Assembly: GCA_003344405.1 (NCBI GenBank)
Contig: NOWV01000322.1
Coordinates: 1 to 48,710, forward strand
Length of the DNA: 48,710 nucleotides
Reading direction: 5' to 3'
From: Trichoplax sp. H2
Lineage: Eukaryota
The translations under genes and the position numbers were made by a program. How positions within the stretch are numbered: position 1 is the first letter of the stretch; the number at the start of each line of letters is the position of its first letter. This document shows positions 38,569 to 48,710 of this stretch, piece by piece. The notes beneath the pieces were generated by a model that searched no databases, was not told where the DNA came from, and was given only the letters and a program-made list of their open reading frames with translations.

Positions 38569-39999
38569 GACATGTACTTTTTGAAAGCTCAAGTCATAAT
38601 CAATCGTATTTAATTGTAAATATAAGTTTTGAACGCTTATTTTAATCAATCGGCACTGTTGTACTGTAACAACTTATTATAATACTTTTTCAGATTTTCT
38701 GTTCATAATTATACAAATTTACTTTACAATGCTGCATAACTGCAGATGACATTCACTTTGTATGTTTTTAGTAAAAAGTGTGGATGTACAGTAATTATAT
38801 AACAACAGGTAGGATGTTATGATACCTGTAGGCCTTCTCACTATAAAAATTTGGAGCACTTCTTGAAATAGTTTCTTGATGATTTTGGCTCGTTATTAAA
38901 GATCCAAGATTGAACAGTTTTGGAGGCTTCGGTACTTATTCTTGACGTACTAAAATTATAGGTATGAACTTGAAAATCTTTTCACAGCGGTTCACGTTTA
39001 GCTGTGATACTATAATTGATATCGATTTAGACTACTCTCTAAATTACGTATTACCTGATTGAAAGATATGGAATTTTTTGACGCTCTTTCTTACTAGTGT
39101 GAAAGGAGGTCTAAGTATAAGAGCTCATGGTACTGTTACTGATTCAATCTTGCAAAGGTATACGCTTTAAAATAGTTAGCTGAGTTCGTTCTCCTTTGAG
39201 ATTAAACTCGCAAACATTAGAATCGCATATTGATATTACCTCATTGAATTCTCAAAATGAGAAATTTGAAGGAGCTGTAAATAATATTATGAATGAAGTA
39301 AATGTGTTACTATCTAATTTTATTCACATTGGACTGCGTCCTGCATATATGTTCAGGTCTTTGATTATCGATAAGTATTCAATAAACTACGAATGCGAAT
39401 AATTAATCGAAATTATTAATGGCTTTCTTTATTGCTTTATTTAATATTTTTCCCTGTAGTATTCCTACGCATTGTAAATATGCAAAATTTAAGTGTAAAT
39501 ATTGCTATTAAGGCAAAACCGATATGTGGCCTAAAGACATCATTATAGGTGAATACTGTAGTTGAACACTTTAATTAACTAAACTGCTAGCGTAGATAAC
39601 ATACCGTTATTGTGCTTTTGTGTCTGATGATAACCATGTATTACATGACAAATCCAACATCAAGATAACTCTACGCTTAAACGATAATAAATGATTAAGG
39701 GAGGAACTGGTATAACTGTTTACCGTATTAAATATCAGAGCTTATTAAGATCTAGCCTTGATTGCTAAGCAACATAGCGAATACAGCAAGTATGATGTAT
39801 CTGTAAAAGTACGCATTTGCATGTGTAAGAAACTCACTCACAATCGGATTTAGTAGCAGGAATGACGATGAGTTGTAACAGTAACTATGCACATATGATA
39901 ATATATACTAATCATAGCCGTATCTGCGGCTAAATCAGCAAATCCTAGTTGCAAAATACATGTCCATGAGATATCGCACTTAAGGCAGTTTACCGTTAC

Positions 40000-41932
40000 T
40001 TAATCATTACTTCCGCCATAGTCATCGTGCTGCTGCAAATAGTCGTCAAGATAAATCTGTTCTTCATTTTCTTGGTTTTCTTCGATGTTTTCTTGTATTT
40101 CAGAATGAGGTAATGACCTGTCTTTTTTCCCATACAATCCTTCTAATGCTCTCTTAGATTCGTAAGCAAACCAGGTATCACCTCTAGTAATTGGTGTCGG
40201 TAGGGAAAATCGGGCGCGTGGAGGACTTGTTTGCTTTATGTGATCACTCTTACGTCTGGTTTTATCCAAGGGTTGCTCATTTGAGAATTTAGGTGAAATT
40301 GTATTCCAAGAAGTTTGTAATATTTCACTGTCCATTTGAGTTCGATCAACTGAATCTCTTGATTGTTCGGGATCTCTTTGACTATTATGCTGATTTAACT
40401 TGGAAGAATTGAAATCATATTGTCGGTTTTCTTGATCGATACTATTATCTTTATCAAATGGCAAATCGAACGCTGTATCGGGTAGAGGTACTTTACTTTT
40501 TCCTCTTTCATAGGGTGAATGCTGTCTTGCTTGCTGAGTTACATTATTGGTATCGCATTCATGAATTCTACTATCCTGTCGATGAGATATCTTCATTTTG
40601 CTATGGCGTTTAAAGTCTTTAACAGTAGGCAAATGTTGCGATGTTGCTTTTTCTTCATTTTTATCTTTTATTTTGCGGCTTAATACCTGCTCAATGTTAT
40701 TATATTCTGATCCTAGCAAGATAGTAAATAATCTGTAATAGTGGTAAAATAGAACTTATAACAATGAATTGTACTCTTGATGAAGTTATCTACCTGGTAG
40801 TTGAAAAACATCCCACTCCGAAACATCATCATCTTCACTATACTGCTTTCGATAGAGCTTAAATTGAGTTGGATAGATTGACTTATCATTACATGGCTTA
40901 ACATTCCATTCGCCTCGACGTTTTGCAGATCGATTTCGGACATGACTACATTTAAATAGTTATTAAAGTGTTTAAAATTTCGTCAGTAATTTGTGCCAAG
41001 TATCTTCAATAATGAAAAATTGATATGAAGCCACCAGCTAAATACATGTATACTATGTCAGCATCAGATATATGGTCTATTAATACGAGATTGCCGAGCA
41101 ATTATGGGGAATACTTAGCACTAATCTTGAAGTAGTAGTTTCACATTGGAAGATATTTCATGCTGCTATTTTAAATATGTTGATTGTAATATCCATATAT
41201 TAGAATTAACTGAATTTTAGAGAATTGACCGCAAACTAAATAACACGGGAAAGTTGATTTTAATGTTGACTGTAGCTATATTCTGATATCCACATTAGGT
41301 GGTAATCTGATTGACATCATAAGGTAATCACGTAAATGACTAGCTTCTACGCCTTGATTTCAGAGGATCTTCAACATTAGGATAACACTACAGGTACTAC
41401 AAGGACAATAGAAACCTGCAATAACATTTTTTAAAACTTACCATTGGTGTATTAAGCACACGACCAAAAGTATGAAATAATACCAGTATGACTTTAGGAT
41501 TACGAAAATGATATAAGTTTACTTTTACAAAGCTTACCATTTATGTAGTGAGCACTCAATTAGAAGTATAAGTCCTGCTATCAGAGCCATCAAGATACAG
41601 GTACCGAATAAAACGTAGGAAGCGATGATTAAACTGTTGGCTACTAAAATGACGTAAGAATTAATCAATAAAAGTACTGCATCAGTTAGATTGTCAAAGT
41701 GTAATTTGCCTCGGCTAGGCAAAATCGTAAATGATCATAATATGTCATAATGTTTAGGCTTTGCCATTCTTACTTTGACATTGTTCGACCGCTACCGATG
41801 CTGATGATGATGTAGTTAAACCGTAAGGACATGGCCAACAGTCGGATTGATTTGCATATGGTTGATAAGTACCGACTTGACAAGGCAGGCAAGTTTGATC
41901 GGACTGGAGGTAGTACCCAGGAGGACAAATGA
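40000..41932 (-). CDS. Partial single-pass membrane protein: Cys-rich GCC2_GCC3/ephrin-receptor-like module, one TM helix, long low-complexity cytoplasmic tail; 5' end not found
   Basis: Phase-consistent exons (minus): 41932-41774 (ICPPGYYLQSDQTCLPCQVGTYQPYANQSDCWPCPYGLTTSSSASVAVEQCQ), 41643-41538 (IANSLIIASYVLFGTCILMALIAGLILLIECSLHK), 40945-40794 (HVRNRSAKRRGEW... basic juxtamembrane), 40712-40000 (ORF-track 239-aa frame). Confidence 0.7.
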
Positions 41933-44900
41933 CTAGTTAAATACATTAAATTTAGACGATAAATAAATTATAGAAATATAATCATGATCATCTGTCAATC
42001 CTTCTTTTGCTAAAAAAATTTAGCTATACTTTATCCCTCATATTATCGTAATATCAGCAATAGAATTGAATATCTCAACCACAAAATCTAACATTATTCT
42101 TTTCTATTCTAATTATAGAATTCGAATCTATAACTATCATGCATTTTAGTAATGACGTGGTTAACCGATCTCGATATCCATATACTGGTGCATCATTTAC
42201 ACCGTACATGACGAAAGCAAACTCGGCCCCTTAACTTTATTTTGTTGCTTGCGTAGACTTGTACAACATATAAAAAATACATGTAAAATACTCCGCTTGT
42301 AAATTTACTGCAGCATATCGCTCATTCTACGAAGTATTATAAAATTATGACTGCTCAGTAAAATCTGGAATTATGTGACCATCGATAAATTAGAAATGGA
42401 AATATTTTGAACGATAGCTTTCCATAAATATTAAACATGCATAAAGGAAACTATACCCATTTCGGTAGCATGGATTATAAATAATTATCAAACAATATAG
42501 GGTGCTACTTTGTCATGGCAAATTAGAACTTCCATAAATTGTAATTGCAGTAAGTTCTTAGTTAACATACGGTAAGTATATGTAATAAAATTGGAAGGGA
42601 TGTTTATCTATTATGAGCTATTTCAAGAGATTCTTGCTCCGTTATAACTAATTATATCAATGCATTAGTCTACCATGCCATTACAGATGAGGTCCAACGT
42701 TTGTTAATAAAAACGGACAAGTCTTCAGTCAATACGTATGAAAAAATTGAGTACTCATGAATCTGTTAAAATTTCTTAGTAGTTTAATGGTCTTTATGGT
42801 AATCAAGATGTGTATCTAGAGGAAAAGTACTGTAGTAAAGATATTGCGCCACAGCATAAACACTGAAACTGAAACCTTAACTGTGGCAATTGTACAAATT
42901 CCAAGTAAAATCAAATTGCGGATAGTGAATATTACTATAATAACTAGATTACGAAGTCTTCTACTACGGCTCCTCTTGATAAGGATAAAGCAATATTCCC
43001 AAAACCGATAAAGTTTTAAAATTGTAATAAGATTAAAGTAAATAAGTGAAGAATGATTTAAATCGAAAACATAAAAGAATAATAAAGTAGAGAATAGGCT
43101 AATAGATATTGACTTAAAGTTTCATTTCAATGTCAGTGCAAAAACTCTAAGAATCCAAATCAGAGGAAACATGTTTGGAAATCATTTCTAGGAGCACGTT
43201 GCTTAATGAAGTAATAATTCTGATGATGATTTAAATTGAAGGTATACTGTAGTTAAAACTGATGATATGGGAAACGATAAAGAGGAGAATGTGATTGATG
43301 ATTATTTTATTTTAAGCATTTGCTTCAAATACTGTAAGCTACACTTTCAAATCATAATTGATGAACTTCTTGAAACGCGTTTTAATCGCCATTATTTAAT
43401 TAACTGAGTAACCTCCATAATAATGATATTAAAATTATAACTTAAAATTATATCCTTCATTCAAAATACAGGAATAAATAATAAAGCTGAGAGTTAATCC
43501 ACGAATAATTTGATTTGAAACAGTAAATTTAAATTCAAATTCTAGAAAGCAATTTAAAAATAATTTCAAAGGTCTATTATTTGACGGAGTACTTCCAGCT
43601 CGGGAATAATTCAATTGGATGCATGAGTTTAATTGAATAAAATAACGTATAAATGACGTAGGATCGAATTAACAAATGTTTTATCTAAAGATTAATTTCA
43701 AATGCTCTTATTGGAATACAGTGAGACCCGTATCGCTTCAATGAATCATTGATCAAAAGATTGTTAGCTCTAAAGCGTAACTCAATGTTAAATTAAGAAT
43801 ACGGAAAAAAGAAATAGTAAAGAATTTATTCTTCCTTAAATATTACTTCTAAACGCCTTAGTTAAGGAAGTACGTTTAAAACCCACATCAGAGAAAAACA
43901 AATAAAAATCGTTTCCAGGGCCTACACTTATGAAAATAATTGAGCTAGTTTTACCGAAAGATGATCCAGAAACTGTCTGTCCTGTATTTTCCATCATCTA
44001 CCTGTTAAAGGATAATAATTGCATTTCTGATTGGAATGTCTTACTTGCTTGCGCTATTACTAATCTCGTAGTTGCTTTCAAGATCAGCACAATCACGTCA
44101 GCTAGATTTTACTTGAAAGAAATAGCTTCAATAGATCCTTAACGATGTCAATATGTAATAAAACAATAAGCCCACTAAATATAGATTCCGAATTTAGTTA
44201 ATTAAAGACGTAAATAGCTTTAAATGGGTACTTCAAACTCAAACAGTTATCGCTACATTACAGGATATTGAGTAGTACAATAATAAAATGGAGCTTGAAT
44301 TAGTAAAGATCGTGATCAAAATACCATTCCTATTAGCAAGTTTCAAGGATATTAAATGTAACGCGGAAATGTATTAAGTACTATACTGTTGAGAAGAAAT
44401 GGATTGCTTTAATGTCAGTTGGAAGTAAGATTCTCGATTGTAATAAATTGAAAATTTTAAACCAGTTATAGTATTAATTAAATTTCAGTGGTTTTGGCAT
44501 CAAAGGCTGTAATTATCTTGGAAGTCTATATAGTAAGATAATCGAGTTATAAATTTTCTTTTAATGTATTGCTTTGTACAGAATACGCTCATGTTCACTT
44601 GAATAGGTGGCTTATTAGTATAAATTAAAGGCGATCTTTAACCATGGCGTATGCGATATTGTACTATTATTGATCGACTTTGAGTAATGAAAGCGATCAA
44701 GTTGAGGGTTGGTTCTAACTCAATCCTCCATTTTACGATACTATACACTTTGGAGCATGAAATTTTGCAAATACTATTCATTTTAGATGGTCTATAGATT
44801 TGACATCCTGAGCCAGACATGGCAATAGTATCCTAGTTAGCCTGAATTTATATTTGGAGGGTATTATCCTTTGCATCACTTTATTTACTGAATGGTAAAA

Positions 44901-45030
44901 TAGTAGATTTTATTTCATAAGTATAAAGCCTTTCTCGGATAAAAACTAAGAAATGTAATTTTAAAAGGCGACTTACGCGAAGACAAATGAATTAAGCGTA
45001 TAGTACTATATTTATAACCGAAATAATCGT

Positions 45031-45345
45031 ATTAATCAGTCGCTAGAGTAACTGCGTACTACAAGATTACTTTAATCCAAAATTTCGATGATTTTCCTTA
45101 TAACTATAAAGTTTAATCTAAAGGATATTTATGTGAAGGAAGTGGAATGCTTGTAATCTATATTTTAGATTGATTCTTGAGAGACTATAGCATATTATAA
45201 CATCATGTTCCAGTGAGAAAATTCGGAGTCTTTATCCTCTTCAACTATACGGTATTATATTGATAGGCGGATTAGTCATATTAATCAGTTACTGGAGTGA
45301 CTAGGCACTACTAGATAGCTTTAATTCAAAGTTTCGGTGGTTTTC
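45031..45345. repeat. Diverged 66-bp direct repeat, 249-bp offset
   Basis: ATTAATCAGTCGCTAGAGTAACTGCGTACTACAAGATTACTTTAATCCAAAATTTCGATGATTTTC (45031-45096) aligns ungapped with ATTAATCAGTTACTGGAGTGACTAGGCACTACTAGATAGCTTTAATTCAAAGTTTCGGTGGTTTTC (45280-45345). Confidence 0.7.
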
Positions 45346-46899
45346 TATATAATGTAAAGTGTAATCTAAAGGGCACTTTGTAAACAAGACAGAATGCATG
45401 TAACCTATGTTTTAGTTAAGTTTCTAGGGAGACTTCGGCGTATTGTAACGTGATGCTCCAGTGAGCTAATTTTTGATGATTATCCCCTACAAATTTTGGC
45501 ATGGAATTTAAAGGTGATCTATAGATGACAAGATGAGTTGAAATATTCTTGTCACATTTATGACAACTGTAAGTTACTAATAGGCAGTTGCTTGGAATAG
45601 TTGCTAAAATTTGAGCGATACGGAGATCATTTCTATCCATACTGTGGAGTGTTAAGTATCAGTAGTTTTATCACTGACTCAGCAGCATGTTTTTCCACGT
45701 CGTATTGATATTAATACTTAAAAAATTTCTAAAAAACTGTAGAGATAACTTATTGCACTATGTCACTTTAGCTTACGTAACCCACTAAAGCTTAAATTAA
45801 AAAAATATCTTTTTATCGAGTGACCATACCGAGCACAGTTTCAAGTTATTGTAACTATCATAATAGCGCAAGATTGTCAGGCGTGCCTATACTGCTGTAA
45901 TAAAATTATATTACTGTAGTACCATAAATAACGTACATAGTTCATCCACATAGTACTCTTGTTATATCAAATCTGGAAAGGTATAAATAGTCGTATTTTA
46001 CTAGAATAAAATGAAGAAAATGGTGAATTAGTATTTTTAGGATAAGCAGCTATTAAGTTATCAAGATCGTAACCATATTGTTTGGTGACTTAAAGACTTT
46101 GATTAAGAAAGAATAGAATGATTTCTTCCATTAAAATAGCGGTTTAAAGATTTTTTTAAAGGGTTTTCAATAGCTGGTTACGATCTATTTACGATATTGA
46201 TTTTACTTATTACAGCGGTGATCGTAAGGAATCATAAAAATAGATTCATTTACAAGATCGAACATGCTATCGTGCCGCAGATTACAGTACTAAAATTATG
46301 GCGATTTAAGTAGCGCATCTTTAAAGAAGAAGATGACATCTTTTATTTTTTAAGCACATCAGGGAGTGTGATCCATTCTGAATTAAGCTATTACTGATGA
46401 TAGCAGGGTGTAAGGATCCAGGGGGTGGAATGTTACTTCGCATTGTCTTTCATTAGCCTCTAATTAATTAAACCTCTTCTGCACTATAATATGATATGGT
46501 AGCATCTGAAATATGTAGAGTCGAACATTAAAGCTAATACATTTAAAATATGGACGCTTTTGTGATAACCTTTACCGTTTAATAATACATAGCTTAGCCT
46601 GCAGTTATCATATTGTTTTGATTGGATTCACCTATGCAGCATGCTAAGACAATTTATATCAAAAATACTGCAGTCAATTTTAGTCGATTATCATTATTTT
46701 AGATCTATAATTAATAGTGAAGTACTGTTACTATGCAGTATAGGAGATCTTAATCCAGATTTGTAGGCACTGGTTATCGTAGAAAATTCAAAGACCATGT
46801 ATTAAAAATCATGTTGAGTAAACCCTGAAATTTACTGTAACCTCTTAATTATATTTAAGCGAAGAAAATCGTATCATAACCACCGCTTTGAATATAATT

Positions 46900-47177
46900 A
46901 ATATTCCTGTATGTTTCATATTCTGAGTCTTCGTATTGTATTCTTCATCTTTATATTCTAACCTTAATATTTCATCTAAACTATTGCAATTTGGAGCTGC
47001 TGTTATAATTTTCTTAATGACATCTGTTTAATTCTTGGTCAAGAATTACAGAAAAAAACTCTTTTCTGATTTCCCATTAATAAAATCAATTTTTATTGCA
47101 TTTTGGATGAAGATATTGATAGTTCAAAATCATTACTTGCAATAGCATGCTCTGAGACACTTCGTTCATAATCTTCT
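46900..47177 (-). pseudogene. Probable frameshifted/degenerate continuation of the ankyrin ORF
   Basis: Just past the TGA at 47166-47168 a shifted frame reads EDYERSVSEHAIASNDFEL (ankyrin-like), and the original frame resumes INIFIQNAIKIDFINGKSEKSFFL*FLTKN*TDVIKKIITAAPNCNSLDEILRLEYKDEEY with internal stops. Confidence 0.4.
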
Positions 47178-48710
47178 CTTTAACAGACCTTCTAAATCAT
47201 TCTGAGTTGTAGCAATATCCAAAATCGTTGCTACTAAGCTAGAACAGCCGGCATCCATTAAAAGATTAAGTAGCTGTAATGTTGTTCGTTTATAACAATC
47301 TACCTTTACATTATTACTTATCAGTAAATCTATGATCTTAATAAAAGCTGCTTCATGCTGCTCAAAATTCTCTTTTATAAAACTATCAAAAGATAGGTTA
47401 ATTTCTTGGCTTTCAGAATCAGAAGATTTACTGTTAAAAGGTGTTTTTATGATGCGTAAAATGCTTTGATGTCGCTGGTTAATCTGCAGTCGTTTGAATC
47501 TAAGCATTATATCCTTGAGTATCTTTAGGAATTTCCTAAAAAGCACATCTAACCAATTCTCTCCGTAACTATCTGTAATTTTTAAAAATTTGTCTATAGA
47601 TTTTTGATATAATTTCTGTATTTCTTCCTCCTGCGCTATAGTGGCTTCGAGTTCTATACATTTTTGCGGTCCTATTGCAGTTATCAGCTCTTCTAGTATT
47701 TTTATGTTACTAGATTCAGCAGCGTAATGCAAAGCTGTTTTGCCATCATTATCTTGTATTTGAAGCAAATTACTAACTGCTTGCTGTTGTGATTCAGCTA
47801 ACTTTCTTTGATCTATCCTTAGCCCTTGCATACATTCTTTTTCTCCATTTCTTGTTCCTTTTATTTTCTGTATTTCTTCCTCCTGCGCTATAGTGTCTTC
47901 GAGTTCTATACATTTTTGCGGCCTTATTGCAGTTATCAGCTCTTCTAGTATTTTTGTGTTACTAGATTCAGCAGCGTAATGCAAAGCTGTTTTGCCATCA
48001 TTATCTTGTACAAGAAGGAAATTAATAACTGCCTGCTGTTGTGATTCAGCTAACTTTCTTTGATCTATCCTTAGCCCTTGCATACATTCTTTTTCTCCAT
48101 TTCTTGTTCCTCTTATTTTCTGTATTTCTTCCTCCTGCGCTATAGTGTCTTCGAGTTCTATACATTTTTGTGGCCTTATAGCGGTTATCAGCTCTTCTAG
48201 TATTTTTGTGTTACTAGATTCAGCAGCGTAATGCAAAGCTGTTTTGCCATCATTATCTCGTATTTGAAGCAAATTACTAACAGCCTGCTGTTGTGATTCA
48301 GCTAACTTTCTTTGATCTATCCTTAGCCCTTGCATACATTCTTTTTCTCCATTTCTTGTTCCTCTTATTTTCTGTATTTCTTCCTCCTGCGCTATAGTGT
48401 CTTCGAGTTCTATACATTTTTGCGGCCTTATTGCAGTTATCAGCTCTTCTAGTATTTTTGTGTTACTAGATTCAGCAGCGTAATGCAAAGCTGTTTTGCC
48501 ATCATTATCTTGTATTTGAAGCAAATTACTAACTGCCTGCTGCTGCGATTCAGCTAACTTTCTTTGATCTATCCTTAGCCCTTGCATACATTCTTTTTCT
48601 CCATTTCTTGTTCTTCTTATTTTCTGTATTTCTTCCTCCTGCGCTATAGTGTCTTCGAGTTCCATACATTTTTGCGGCCTTATTGCAGTTATCAGCTCTT
48701 CTAGTATTTT
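47166..48710 (-). CDS. Intronless ankyrin-repeat protein with tandem 84-aa units; 5' part lies beyond the window
   Basis: Frame is open from the window edge (KILEELITAIRPQKCM precedes the ORF-track Met). Each unit has one ankyrin core (QDNDGKTALHYAAESSNTKILEELI) plus a charged helical spacer; unique C-terminal region of ~150 aa. Confidence 0.8.
   Translation of the reverse strand, partial: KILEELITAIRPQKCMELEDTIAQEEEIQKIRRTRNGEKECMQGLRIDQRKLAESQQQAVSNLLQIQDNDGKTALHYAAESSNTKILEELITAIRPQKCIELEDTIAQEEEIQKIRGTRNGEKECMQGLRIDQRKLAESQQQAVSNLLQIRDNDGKTALHYAAESSNTKILEELITAIRPQKCIELEDTIAQEEEIQKIRGTRNGEKECMQGLRIDQRKLAESQQQAVINFLLVQDNDGKTALHYAAESSNTKILEELITAIRPQKCIELEDTIAQEEEIQKIKGTRNGEKECMQGLRIDQRKLAESQQQAVSNLLQIQDNDGKTALHYAAESSNIKILEELITAIGPQKCIELEATIAQEEEIQKLYQKSIDKFLKITDSYGENWLDVLFRKFLKILKDIMLRFKRLQINQRHQSILRIIKTPFNSKSSDSESQEINLSFDSFIKENFEQHEAAFIKIIDLLISNNVKVDCYKRTTLQLLNLLMDAGCSSLVATILDIATTQNDLEGLLKRRL
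47613..48710. repeat. Coding tandem repeat, 252-bp period, at least 4.3 near-identical copies
   Basis: Anchor GC(A/G)GTTATCAGCTCTTCTAGTATTTT recurs at 47677, 47929, 48181, 48433 and 48685. Confidence 0.97.

Noticed and set aside
40713..40943. ORF-track 76-aa minus ORF MSEIDLQN...
   Set aside because: Wrong frame of the real exon 40945-40794.
41100..41495. Additional candidate exons in the membrane-protein intron
   Set aside because: They give in-frame stops or implausibly short introns; 41538 splices cleanly to 40945.
46402..46430. CAGGGTGTAAGGATCCAGGGGG resembling a MITE terminus
   Set aside because: No matching inverted end or target-site duplication found.
47613..48710. CRISPR-like or non-coding satellite reading of the 252-bp array
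   Set aside because: No unique spacers; the period is a multiple of 3 and the frame is open with ankyrin motifs.

Overview
AT-rich eukaryotic (animal) genomic DNA with short GT-AG introns. The gene style and abundant (CAGTA)n/(TACTG)n motifs suggest a placozoan such as Trichoplax, but this is inference only. Exon chains were traced by hand. The window holds: an 11-coding-exon SLC6 Na+/Cl- amino-acid transporter (minus, 4707-7606) with a probable upstream non-coding exon and TATA promoter near 11.1 kb; ~12.7 kb without recognisable exons but with inverted repeats; a nearly intronless bifunctional ATIC/PurH gene (plus, 23932-25929); a 12-exon SLC49A4/DIRC2-like MFS transporter (minus, 27715-32477) head-to-head with a 5-exon HSPBAP1-like JmjC gene (plus, 36129-38568), the same arrangement as in human; a partial single-pass membrane protein with a Cys-rich GCC2_GCC3/ephrin-receptor-like module (minus, ~40000-41932); and an intronless ankyrin ORF made of near-identical 252-bp (84-aa) tandem units running off the right edge. 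A piggyBac-like transposon end lies near 586. No tRNA, rRNA or CRISPR features were seen.
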